A DNA stretch of 64,000 nucleotides from Antedon mediterranea (Eukaryota > Animalia > Echinodermata). A program made the position numbers and the translations under genes. The stretch spans positions 23,795,175-23,859,174 of the forward strand of contig NC_092677.1 of NCBI RefSeq assembly GCF_964355755.1, given 5' to 3'. Position 1 is the stretch's first letter; each line of letters begins with the position of its first letter. Below, piece after piece: positions 25,459-38,040 of the stretch. A model generated the notes under the pieces. It had not been told where the DNA came from and searched no databases. It saw only the letters and a list, made by a program, of their open reading frames with translations.

Positions 25459-27834
25459 TTTACCAATGTTATGCTAGTGGTAATTGGCATTCATAGATTC
25501 AAACAAATTAAAAACATTACATTGCTTGCACTGTACAAATATCATGTTAAGATGTATACAATAAGAAGAATAGGCATACAGAAATATAATCACATTTTAC
25601 CATTTTAATTGAATTACCTATTACTGTACCTTGATTTAGTAGTAGATACAATTGACTTAAAGCTAAAATTATAAATAATAATAATTTTGTTTTACTAAAT
25701 ATGAAGTTATGAATTATTTAGTGTTCACCTTGTGTGACATACATACCAACTTGAATACGGTAATATATGGAAAGATATTGTTGTTTTTTGCAACGAAAAA
25801 GTAAAAAATGGTAAAATGGGTATTTTAACTTGTCAACGTTTTATTAATGAATAAGTCTTTAAGTTAGCAAATTCACCATTTTAATGTATAGGCCTATTGG
25901 AACTAATTGATATTTATGTTAAAATTCAAAACATATCCTCATCACTTGTACAGTATATGAATGTTTATAATTCACCCTTGGAAATCCATTTTGTTTTGTT
26001 TGTTAGTACTATAAATGCACATAGTTATATTAACGTATGATAGATATAAATCATAGTACTTTCAGTCGACAGATATGTGTCGTGATCCCAGTTCCTCTCT
26101 TCCCTGTGGATATATTTGTTGCTTTGTGAATGGTTGTACTTATTAGTAGGCCTATACTTCAGTTCTTTTTTTATTTATATGTGAAGGTTATACATGACTT
26201 ATCTAAAATGTATTGACATATAACTTTATGTTTCCGAAGCATAAACTGAATAGTGGATTTACTGGACTCTTTGTTACCTTGACTCCATTGCACTTTTTAT
26301 AGACATAGATGGCGCTGTTAAACAAACTCACTGAAGCCAACGGAATCGCATTATTGCGCGTAACCACGGCAGACGAATTGTGATTGATCCATCAACCGCA
26401 AACAACTACCGATACAAACAAAAAAAAAGAAAAAAAGTCCGCATCGGAACAAAACGAATGCAATCAATTAGCAGGCACCTGAACTTCCATTTAGAAAATA
26501 AGGAAAAACGATTGTCTGGATGTCTCCTTATCGCGTTTTAAGACCATTCGCGTGCTAAAGTGTTTCCTAGTCATGATTTACAGAAACCCAACAACCTTTC
26601 ACTTTTTATCTTTTTATATTCCATCCACTATACTGTCAGTCATGTTTATTGGTTCCTTATTACGATGACACAACAGCCTATTGATCTGTAAAATAACAAT
26701 TAGATATTTCACTCAATATAATTTTCCCAGTCATAAAATTGCGTAAGCTATTTCATTAGATGGGTAATAATCAACGCAAGTTGCATAACTAGTATTGATT
26801 ATTATCATTACCGTATTGATATGATTATATTTGTTGATTATGTAGGCATAGAATAGCCCTAGGCCTAGCCTATGATCCTACACTGAATTTCTTTCACTTG
26901 ACTACCACATCACACTACCCCTTCGTCAAGAGGCATATTATGCTTACCTGTGTCATCGTGCCATTACAATCATTCATTATCAACTCATGCAAATATAATT
27001 ATGCCTTTTCCTTCTTTTCGAATAATTTACAAAGTTTTCCTTTGCTTTCTCTATACTTGAATGACTCTTTTTGGAATATGGGAAGTATGCTGAAAACCAC
27101 CAGTACTAATGCAATTCTGGAGACCGAAGTTCTATCACATTAATAAAAGAGAGAAACCAAACAAGTTAGGCCCCACTGTGTTACATTGTATAATGTATTT
27201 TTATTTATTAATAGTATAAATTGTAAAGCACAGGAACATACACAATATATTTAAGCCTCAATGGATAAACAGTTAGTTGTAAGATAAGAGGACAGAGCTC
27301 GGTTGAGTCTCTATAATAAACAGCCCGCATAAAACTAGTTTTAGGCCTAGCCTATGTTATAAGCCTAATGTATTTTAACTTCTAAGAAAGTATTTTTTTA
27401 GTATAATAACATTAATGTTTAAATGTGCAGCCCCTGCAATGCACTTTTTTTATTCGAAACTTTGTTATCAATTGATTTGTTGTTTTTGACCTAAACCTAA
27501 ACCACTTTGATACTCATACCTGTTTTCAACACAAGATCAAAACCAATTTTCCTAAAGTGAATAAAAGAACGACAAGTAAACCTTGTCCCACCTCACCGTA
27601 TAGGCCTAACTTTCGTAACTGAATAAATGTAAAATAAACAGAAAACAGTTTCTAAATCAATCATGCATTGAACACCTTATATTAGAATCAACAACATAGA
27701 TTATGATTCGTTAATAAAAGAAAAAATACTGTCTGAAAAACCCCCCAAAAAACCATTAAATATGGTAAAAAAAAAAATGATTGTGAATTAATATGAGACG
27801 CAATGTATTGTGTGTTAACAATACGACATCCAAT

Positions 27835-27893
27835 CCCTATTCAAATGGACACTGGTTGGGTCCCGAAGTTGTCCCCTTAATAGAGGTTCTGTA
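27835..27893. mobile_element. pogo/Tigger-like MITE, right end
   Basis: GGGTCCCGAAGTTGTCCCCTTAATAGAGGTTCTG|TA. Confidence 0.55.
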
Positions 27894-28237
27894 ATCTAAT
27901 CTTAGCTATAAGCATACAAATAGGCCATTATTGACTTCAGATTTCCAAATGTCATTAACTATCATATTAAAACTTACCGCCATTAATGTAGTTAAGTTGA
28001 TGTTGAAATGTTAAATGAATAGTCAAGTAGGTATATGATCTGATGTTTGAAACTTAATAGTTCCCATAACAAATCTTCCCAGGCCCAATGAATGACATGC
28101 ACATATAGTTGCACTTGAGTGAGGAGGCCGCACTTATGTTTATCTTTAAAAAGTGTACATACAACCAGATACATCAGAAAGGAACGCAAATCATAAACAA
28201 AGGATTATTTTAGGTGTTCTGGTAATTTTAATTATTA

Positions 28238-28637
28238 CACTGCAAAAATAGAGTATAGATCTTACATATTTTGTACCTACTTTCCCCACACTTTTAGCTT
28301 TTGAACACGTAGTTACATGTTTAGCGTGTTTAAAACCTAAACGTGTTTATAGCTACATGTTGTTTTCCTCCACTCGTTCAGCAGTCAACATGTCACTATA
28401 TGTTTAATCAACATGCTTAGGTACGTGTTTAGCGTTGCGTGCATACGAATTTACTGTGGCTGAACACAAGAGCTTCACACATGGCAAATTAAACACGTGT
28501 AAAACCTAAACATGTCTTTATAGTGCTCCACATGTTTAACAATCAACATGTTCATATCTAAACGTGTTTAAGGCTAAATATGTGGGAAAAGTGGGTACAA
28601 AACAAGTGTATAAGATCTAAACACTGTTTTTACAGTG
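28238..28637. mobile_element. Non-autonomous CMC/EnSpm-like DNA transposon (400 bp)
   Basis: Long imperfect TIRs CACTGCAAAAATAGAGTATAGATCTTA..TTTTGTACCTACTTTCCCCACA / TGTGGGAAAAGTGGGTACAAAA..TAAGATCTAAACACTGTTTTTACAGTG; TA on both flanks; many internal AACA(C/T)GTGTTT subrepeats. Confidence 0.85.
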
Positions 28638-29976
28638 TATACAAATAATATCAACATATAAAATTATTTTGAAAGTCAAAACAAAACATAACTGTTGTAA
28701 TTTGACGCTTACTACAAATGTACTTACAAATGGCCTAATACTTATCAAATGGACATTGAACATATAGTACAATGAATGATCATCTGTGGTTTTATTGTAT
28801 ACATTTGTCGAGTTTTAGATGATGCCTAAATATAGACTCATATGATTATAGAAATCAATATTGGATTTTTAATGCGCTTTAGAATGTGACGTTGAACATA
28901 AATAACAATATAGGCTTACAAAATGTATATAGTTTAAGTTTTGAGGTTAAAACATAGCCTCTCATACAAATGATTAACCAATCCAAACAAAATGGATTTG
29001 AATGTACATTTGGTAAAGATATATAAACAACACAAAATCATATTGATTTTGAAATATCAATAATAGGCTTAAATGCTGAACACAGACATGCTATTTTAGT
29101 AGGCCTAACTTTTCCAAAAGTATATACTACTCCGAAATAATCATAAAAGTTATACCACAGAGGCCTATGCCATGTTTGTCTGTTTTTTGTTTTACTCAAA
29201 CGCCTTTGCGTTGAATTTGTATCGAGATTTTTAATTTATAAAATAGAATGTAGGCCTAACTTGCTATTTGGCAAACTTACCGAAACAGTTATACAGTTTT
29301 GTGTGTATCATTTTAAATATTAATGTAAATTTGTATTGTTGTTTTTAGTTGACTACAATTTATTATTATGACTAAGGGTGTATTTTTAATAGGAGCAACT
29401 ACTATATTGCAAAATTTAATTTTTTTTCTCTCGAAATTTCAATTAGTGACATTGCCTCTTTAAAGTTACTGAGGATTATCGATTATTATTTGTCGCCCTC
29501 ATTATTTTTACTTAGCATTTCTTTGTTTGCGCCATCTTTGTGTCTTAGTCCCAATTACAAGCTTGTTAGAAGAAATGGGTGTCTGCTAGAATTCAGATAT
29601 TGCTTCTAAAGATGTCTAGTTCTTGCTAAGCAGACTTAATCAAGCGGCAGACGATCGAAGCACACTCGCTACCGATGTTGAAACCGATATCTAAGTAATT
29701 AGATATAAGTACAGTGTTCTTTCTTACGATTGTGTAGTTTACTAAAAGGTCAATTAATGAAAGAGTAGGACAATTCGATTCGATATAATATTCAATATTC
29801 CGGTAATGATTACATACTTCAGATAAAAAGGGGTTATAGATTTTACTTCTGTCTCCTAACATTGTTTATACATTAGTGCCATTACGCGTGGAATTCATTT
29901 ATTATATTATAATGTAATATATGGTAGTTACTTATTATTTATTCAAAAGAATAATGTTTCGTTTATGCGCTTATAA

Positions 29977-30324
29977 TATTTAGGTCAAATTCAACTTGTG
30001 ATTAATAGTTCTAATTACAATAGCTAGCACCGTACATAATTTACTTGTATTGAAAAATACGTCATCATGGCCTCCAAAATTAGCCCAATATTTCCAAAAT
30101 GTGCGGAACTAGCCTATATAAATACAAAACGAAACCCAAACGTTACTATATATAGTATTTAGGTCAATTTAAACTTCTAATTAGTAGTTCTAATTAGAAA
30201 ACTGTTCTTATAGGCGGCACCGTACACAATTTACTAAGGCTTATATGGAACAAAATAGGTCATTATGCCTTCAAAGTTAGCCCAATATTTCTAAAAACTA
30301 TAAATATACAAACGAAACCCAAAC
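29977..30324. repeat. Local tandem duplication, period about 179 bp
   Basis: TATTTAGGTCAA..TAGTTCTAATTA..GCACCGTACA..TTAGCCCAATATTT..AAACGAAACCCAAAC at 29977 and 30156. Confidence 0.85.
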
Positions 30325-33300
30325 TTAACCACCCTACTTCGTTGGAGATCAAAGACCCGACATATATTATTCTGAGCTTAATCAATTGATGACATGTATT
30401 GATAGGAAATAGATAATGGTTATTGTTCCTACCAGGTCATTCTTCCTGCAACTGAGGAAACGAATCTTGGTCCTAGCTTACACTTGTGTTGTACATATCC
30501 TTTAGCTTGTGCTAATGATCGTAATCAGATATTTGAAAAGGTTTGATAACTCTGGATTGTCTTCCGTATAATTTCAGGGTATTGAACGACAAAGCGATAT
30601 GTTAATCCTCCATCTCAGTGGCTGAGGTTTCGGCAGATGTTTTGAAATCTCTCGGTTTTCGATATATTTATGAACTTTTGTCACTTAATGTCCAACAAAA
30701 AATTAGCCATTGTGTTGTGTTTGATTTATTTCGTATTTCCAGCAACCCTTTTAGCTAACGGCACCATGTGTCTATGTCCAAATGTATTTTATTCAAAATA
30801 CCATGAAGGTATAATGGAATGGTGGTGATACCTGTGGGTTCATTCAGTATGGCATTCTGGTCATTGGCTTGTTTTGAGAAATGCCAACATTTACTTTACC
30901 ATATATTATATCGTGAAAATACTAATATAAAAATACTAATATAAAAATAGAGTCTGTTGTCACTTTAAAGTTGCAATATTTTATCTATCATCCATAGTTT
31001 AATATCAATGACGTAGACAGACATACATTAGTAAAAACACTTTATTAAAAAAAGAATTCTCATTTGATAGAAATGTTTTTTCAGTTGAATAGGATAATAT
31101 AATATTTTCACGATTTTAAAGATTGATTAGTCGAGTTAAATCTCCGGTTTTTTTAAAATATCTTCTTTTGGTTAATTGTAGGCCTATATAAATCATTTTT
31201 ATTAATTTATTATTCAAATCAATGGTTTGAAATTGTAGGTATTTTTTACAGATAAAACACAGAAATACAATTTCAAGAACAAACAACTTCCAACTAAAAT
31301 ATGTTAATCTTTTTTAAAATTACAAATAAATCACTGGAAAGGTGACGGAAAACCAACAAATTAGTATTTTCAGTTAACGCTTCCATGTTCCATTGAATAT
31401 CCTCACTGCAGATGGAAGAGGAATTCTTCGTGATTTCAAATTTGGATAAATTAATTTACTACTAGATTTGTTGACAAATATTATGAGATGTGATCTTGCA
31501 ATAATGTAATAATAATTTAGACACTTTACCCACGTTTTTACGATCTAATTTAAGGATACAAACTGCATATTTATAATAAATATATTACACATATTATTCA
31601 TTACCTTTACAAAAAGTAAAAATGCAGGGAAACTGTTTACCCCAATGACTGTGTGTCAATTTAACCAACTGACTACATTTACAGTACATCCAGAAAGCAT
31701 ATACCATAACCCACGCATTTTTCCAGCGGACCTCAATAGCTCTATCCTCAATTATTCTATCAGCCTTTATCAGCCTATACAGATAATGTAAAAAAACACA
31801 TGAATTAATAAAAAAAAATTAAAAAAATTAATGAGAAAATAATCATGAATCACATTCATTAAAAAATGTCTAGACTATAAATAAAAGAATAAAACAACAT
31901 TGCAAGACAAAACAGGTCATTACACTTTTAACTCTCGTGTTTCTTGTTGCTTCTCTCTATATAGCATTCTCCTTGTCTCGAAGTTAAGTTTACGTTGTTT
32001 TGATTTTGTAAATACTATTACCTACAGGCCAAAGGCATATTATCATTCATAAAATATTTGTTATTGAGAGATCGGCACATATTTGTTTTTATTGAAAACA
32101 ATAAAAAGAAATGTATTTGTTAAGCTCGTGGCGATAATTCGTTGGTAGCATTAGGCAAACAAATACTGACATCTTCAAACTGATACAATGTTTCTTTAAA
32201 AGATTACCTTTATTTGTTTATATCGAAGGGCCATCATGATATCAATTCACTGATTCAATAATCCAATGACTTTAAAAACAAATTTGTGTAAGTTATGACA
32301 ACAGAAAACACATGGTTATGCCAACATGTATTAATACAGTATTCAATCAGCGGCTTTAAGTAGCCGGCACGATGTCGATTTGCTGCCTCGTCAGCTGTTT
32401 TAAACTACTGCTCAAAATATTACTACAAATTACGGACGTACAAATCGAAAGATAAGTATTTCATGATCGTTGTATGTGTCTTTGTTAAATCGCATGGTTT
32501 TTTATGCTAACAAAACAACACAACTGCCTTCCGTGTATCTAGGTAATTAATTCGTACAGACAATTCGATATATTTTGCAAATTGTCTCAGTTGGATATTA
32601 AGCGGCAATGAGTTATTGTGAAACTGTTGCAAACGTGTGCTTCATTACCCTGTCAAACGCGTATATACAACCGAGCAAGGAGCACGGTTTGACGCCGTGC
32701 ATGCATGCAAGGAGGCCTAACTTCATGTCTAGGGTGGCCTGTATTTCACCTGGTATATATCGTTTTATCGTCTTTAGAAAAATTGGTAAAATAGTAATGT
32801 CTTAAAATTGTTACCGACATATTGTGATGAGGCTTGTAAGAATAGTCGCGTGATAGCTCTGCATGGCACGCGAGAATAAAGATGTTAGTGGAATGAGGGC
32901 ACCGAGACGCAAGCATAAATGTAATTGTAAATTGATAATCATAGAGTACCAACAAATTGCTTTTATTCGGCTTGATTGAATTGACCCAGTAATACGATTC
33001 GTAGAATTGATTGCGATGCTTTCTGAATTGGTCATGTTACTCTTCAATAATTACAATAATGTATCAATTGCAATGTGGTCCCCGTAGCCTACTGATTTCA
33101 GAGACAGAAATCAAGTAATAGTAATATAAGCCATGGTGATTGTTTAAAATTGTAGGAACAAATTAGGAACTTCGTTTATTATCACATAAAAACACCAATG
33201 TACGATTTTTCTTGGAAAAGTTGTAAAAATACGATACTTTCACTGTTTATGGTGGTGATGATGATGAAAACCCCACTTTTTTGGCAACGGGAGCAGAACA

Positions 33301-33925
33301 AAAATTAAAAAAAACAAACTAAAAGTGGTTCTAAAGGACTTGTTTGTAATGTTACAAGGATTTAAATAATAATCATGACTTACTGTACAACTAGGACTAA
33401 ACTATTGAGTTTTCTGCTGATTTTAGCTACAGTACAGATGCCTCTGTAAAAAGAGTGGCTTTGCAAGACGCGTGACCCAAAATATAAAATAGACTTTCAA
33501 ATCTTTTCAATTAACATAAAAGTAGGTATATGAAAAGGGGAAAATGACAACTCGAAACTTGAATCGAATGTTTTCTTTTCAACGCAACTAGTATCTGTTA
33601 TGTTTTATTCCTATATTTCGATAGTCAAGGCTATTTTAACTTTGTTTAATATTTCAAAAGTGAATATAACAACCAGTGACGTATAGTGAGGATGGAGATA
33701 CTGTAGGCAGAAAAAAAGAGTTGATGAACGTTTTAAAATGATGTTGCCCCAATTGCCCTTTTCTTTGCTTCTTTCTTAAATACAAAGGATAGCCCAATGT
33801 GCGGTTAGATTATTGAAAAATGGTAAAATGATAAAGATAAAGATTACGTATTTTAATACGTATTCTTGATCTTTATCATTATGCCATTATTAGAATATTC
33901 ACCAGAATCTAAATATTTCTGCTTA

Positions 33926-35190
33926 TCATTGATGATGAAAATTAGGATGATGATGTTGATGATGGTATATGTTGTTGATGGTGGTAATTTTGATAAATGT
34001 AATGTTGATGATGGTAATGTTAATTAGGGTAATGCTGATAAGGGTAATGCTGATGATGGTAATGTTGATGATGGTAATGTTAATTAGGGTAATGCTGATA
34101 ATGGTAATGCTGATGATGGTAATGTTGATGGTGGTAATGCTGATAATGGTAATGTTGATGATGGTAATGCTGATAAGGGTAATGCTGATGATGGTAATGT
34201 TGATGATGGTAATGTTAATTAGGGTAATGCTGATGATGGTAATGTTGATGATGGTAATGCTGATAATGGTAATGCTGATGATGGTAATGTAATTGATGAT
34301 GGTAATGCTGATAATGGTAATGTTGATAATGGTAATGTTGATGATGGTAATGTTGATGATGGTAATGTTGATGATGGTAATGCTGATAATGGTAATGTTG
34401 ATGATGGTAATGTTAATGAGGGTAATGCTGATAAGGGTAATGTTGATCATGGTAATGTCGATGATGAGAAAGTTTATAATGTTTATATTGATGGTGGTAT
34501 ATGTTGGTGATTGTGTTGATTGAATGTTGATATGTTGATGATTTGACTGTTGATAATGGTAATTTTGATAATGATAATATTGATGGATGGTACAGGAATA
34601 TTGATGGTAATGTTGATGGTGGTAATGATGGGAATTTTGATTGAGGTAATGGTGGTGGAACTAATGCATGGTGGGAATATTGATGCTGGTAATTTTGATG
34701 GAATGTTGATGGTGACAATGTTGATGGGGCTATTGTTGGTGGTGGAAATGTTGATGGTGGTAATGTTGATAGAGTATTGTTGGTGGTCATGCTAATGTTG
34801 ATGGAGGTAATGTTGATGGTGGTGATGACGATGGGAGTGTTATGGAGTATTTTTGGTGGTGGTGGTGGTAATGTTGATGGCAGTAATGTTGGTGGTGGCA
34901 ATGTTGATGGTGGTGGTGATGATGGGAATGTTGAGGGAGGTAATGTTGGTGGTGGTAATGGTGATAATGTTGATGGTGGTAATGTTAGTTGATGGTGGTG
35001 ATGATGGTGGGAATGTTGATGGAGGTAAGTTGGTGGTGGTAATGTTGGTGATAATGTTAATAGTGGTAATGTTAGTTGATGGTGGTGATGATGGTGGGAA
35101 TGTTGATGGAGTAATGTCGCTGATGGTGGTGATGATGTTAATGTTAGGAGGATGGTGGGAATGTTGATGGAGTAATGTCGCTGATGGTGG
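33926..35190. repeat. GAT/GGT low-complexity tract including a 15-bp unit (GATGGTAATGTTGAT)
   Basis: Direct periodicity; it generates the spurious ITIIN/MVML ORFs. Confidence 0.9.
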
Positions 35191-35480
35191 TGATGATGTT
35201 AATGTTAGGAGGATGGTGGTGATGATGTTAATGTTAGGAGGATGGTGGTGATGATGTTAATGTTAGGAGGATGGTGGTGATGATGTTAATGTTAGGAGGA
35301 TGGTGGTGATGATGTTAATGTTAGGAGGATGGTGGTGATGATGTTAATGTTAGGAGGATGGTGGTGATGATGTTAATGTTAGGAGGATGGTGGTGATGAT
35401 GTTAATGTTAGGAGGATGGTGGTGATGATGTTAATGTTAGGAGGATGGTGGTGATGATGTTAATGTTAGGAGGATGGTGG
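35191..35480. repeat. 29-bp minisatellite, 10 essentially identical units (TGATGATGTTAATGTTAGGAGGATGGTGG)
   Basis: Units every 29 nt from 35191 to 35452. Confidence 0.95.
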
Positions 35481-37218
35481 TGTACGGGTGCTATAATGCT
35501 GATGGTATTTATTGTTAGTGATGGGTTAATTAGTAATACTTTCGTTTTGAATTATGTAATAATTACATTATGGACATTATTGAATATATAAAGTGGCACA
35601 TTAAATTGGAAAATATGAAAATTGAATAGATTCATTTCGAATAAACTGTTTCTGTGTTAACTATAAAATTTAAGATGGAAAATCGTACACATTCGTTTAA
35701 AGTGAACACTGACTCTGGGTATAGATGACTGACTTGATTAAAGTACGTACCGTGTTTAGTCATCGTTTGAATTCAATCATGATCTACAAACTGGTGCAAA
35801 TCTTTACTCTGGTGATAGATGGTAGGCGGGAATAAGTATTGTCATGCGGCGACTGGACCACACATCAGTCGTTTTATACATTAATATTATAGAAGTGATA
35901 GGTCCGAATTAGCTAGTATTCCACTATTATGGATAAGTTGTTAATGAGTTAGCAGCGACACTATTGATGTGTTTAATGAGAGAACGATATATTAGGACCA
36001 CCGGCGAGAGGTTGTTGATAGCTGACTGACCAACATGGACACGGGTGCGGCCATTAGCTGGCTCACTTCAACATGTTTAGTATATAAGTGTAAACATACA
36101 GTAGTGTATGACGAAGTTATGTTTCCCACAATTCAGAACAGTACTCTATCTATTCTCCCAAAACGAAAACTAAAACAACTGACGGAGACCCAGTAATTTT
36201 TCAAAATCAGATATAAACATTATCTTCCTTGCTAGTATTAACGTAAAACAAACACTGTCCAGTACAAAAATGCACATTTTTTTAAAAAATTGTATGAATT
36301 TAGGCCTTTTTCATTTTTAAAAAGTTTTCAATAAAAATATGTTATTTTGAATAAATCCAAGATTAAATCTACGTTTTGATTGAATTTCAACAACGTGGTT
36401 CTTCAATGGACTTTATCAAAAATTAGTTATGTTATTTCGAAATAAATAAATCTATACAAATAAAATAAATGACTGTCTTTGCTTTTTCAATAGTATTAAA
36501 TCCAAGCAACAATATTACTATAAATTTATTAACTTAATAGTTCTTAAAAAAACACCTTTATGGCGATATTAAATTCTCTATGATTTTGGCCAGTATAGTC
36601 CAAGCTTGTTGCGGAAGGATTATTCTCAAATGGAAGAAAAGTGTGAAAAAAATTAATTATTTAGGCCTAGTGTAGATTGATAGAATTTACTTTAGGACTA
36701 TATTGAATTTTCCTGTTGGTAAGGTATAGAACTGATACCAGTATTTCACTGTATATAGTTAAATAGGTTAACATATGAAAAAGGAGGTTGGAAGTCCCAT
36801 GATCTAGTGTGTGGACAACACTAATTAAAAACACAATACTTAAACAGCTAGTAGGCCTACTGTATAAATATCTCTATATAAATTACTTATAAGTACTGTA
36901 GCACGGCTATACACATGTATCTGTACAATCAATCGGTCACAAATTGGTCTTTAATTGGAGAGATATCCGCAATAAATTATATGTGTACCATGCATCTGAT
37001 GTCATCCATGACTGGGTCAAAACATGATAGTCATTTATCATTGAAGAATAAACATAAGTGACCTTTAGTGGTACTAAAACTTACGTTTATAAATCACACT
37101 CAACTGTCTGTGGCTATATTTTGAATACTGTAACTTTACAAACTTGGTAGTTTAATTGAATTTCTTACCTAAATTATCTAAAAGTTTCTGCTGTAGTTGT
37201 TTGATCCAATTAGTTCAA

Positions 37219-38040
37219 TGTATCCATCCACCTTCCATCACCATCTTTCAATTTATCCGTCGACCTGCCATTTACCATCTTTCTATGAATCAATCTACCT
37301 TCCACCAACCATCTTTCCATTTATCCGTCCACCTTCTATCCACCATCTTTCCATTTATCCATCTACCTTCCATCCACTTTTCCATTTATTTATTCACCCA
37401 CCTTCCATCCACCTTTCCATTTATCCTTCCTCCTTACATCCACAATCTTTCCATTATCCATTCACCTATCCACCCACATTCCATCTTTGCATTCACCCAT
37501 CCACCTTCTATCCACAATATTTTCATCCATCCACCATTTTTCCATTCTTCCATATATCTTCCCATGTTTCCATCCATCCATTTATCCTCCCATGTATGTA
37601 TCCATCCATCCATTCATCCATATACCATCCATCTTTATATATCATCCATTCATCCATCACCTTTCCTTTCATTCGTCACCTTTCCTTTCATTCGTCAACC
37701 ATCTTTTCATCTATCTACCATCTTTCTATTCATTTATCCACCATCTATTCATCCATCTTTCATCAACCATCTTTCCTTCCATTAATCCACCTTCCATCCA
37801 CCATCTTTCTATTTATTCATCCACCATATTTCCATCCATTCATCCACATTCCATCAACAATCATATTTCCATACCATCAACAACCATATTTCCATTCATT
37901 CATCATCTTTCAATGTATCCGAATTCGATCCATTTACTGTATTTTCTTCAATTTTTCCACATGTTTTCCGTCAATCCGTTATCCATTCATCTATGCCTAT
38001 CTGCCTTTTATTCTCCTTACATTCACTCATCGACGGTAAC
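37219..38040. repeat. Degenerate (CCAT/TCCA)n low-complexity tract
   Basis: C/T/A-rich, G-poor tract; open in all three + frames because of its composition. Confidence 0.9.

Noticed and set aside
30340-30900. Coding-like, GC-richer stretch
   Set aside because: The frames I translated by hand had multiple stops and no recognisable motif; possibly an old TE or pseudogene, but unsupported.
33926-35167. ORFs with ITIIN/MVML/GGNVD repeats
   Set aside because: Translations of a low-complexity tandem tract that is open on both strands.
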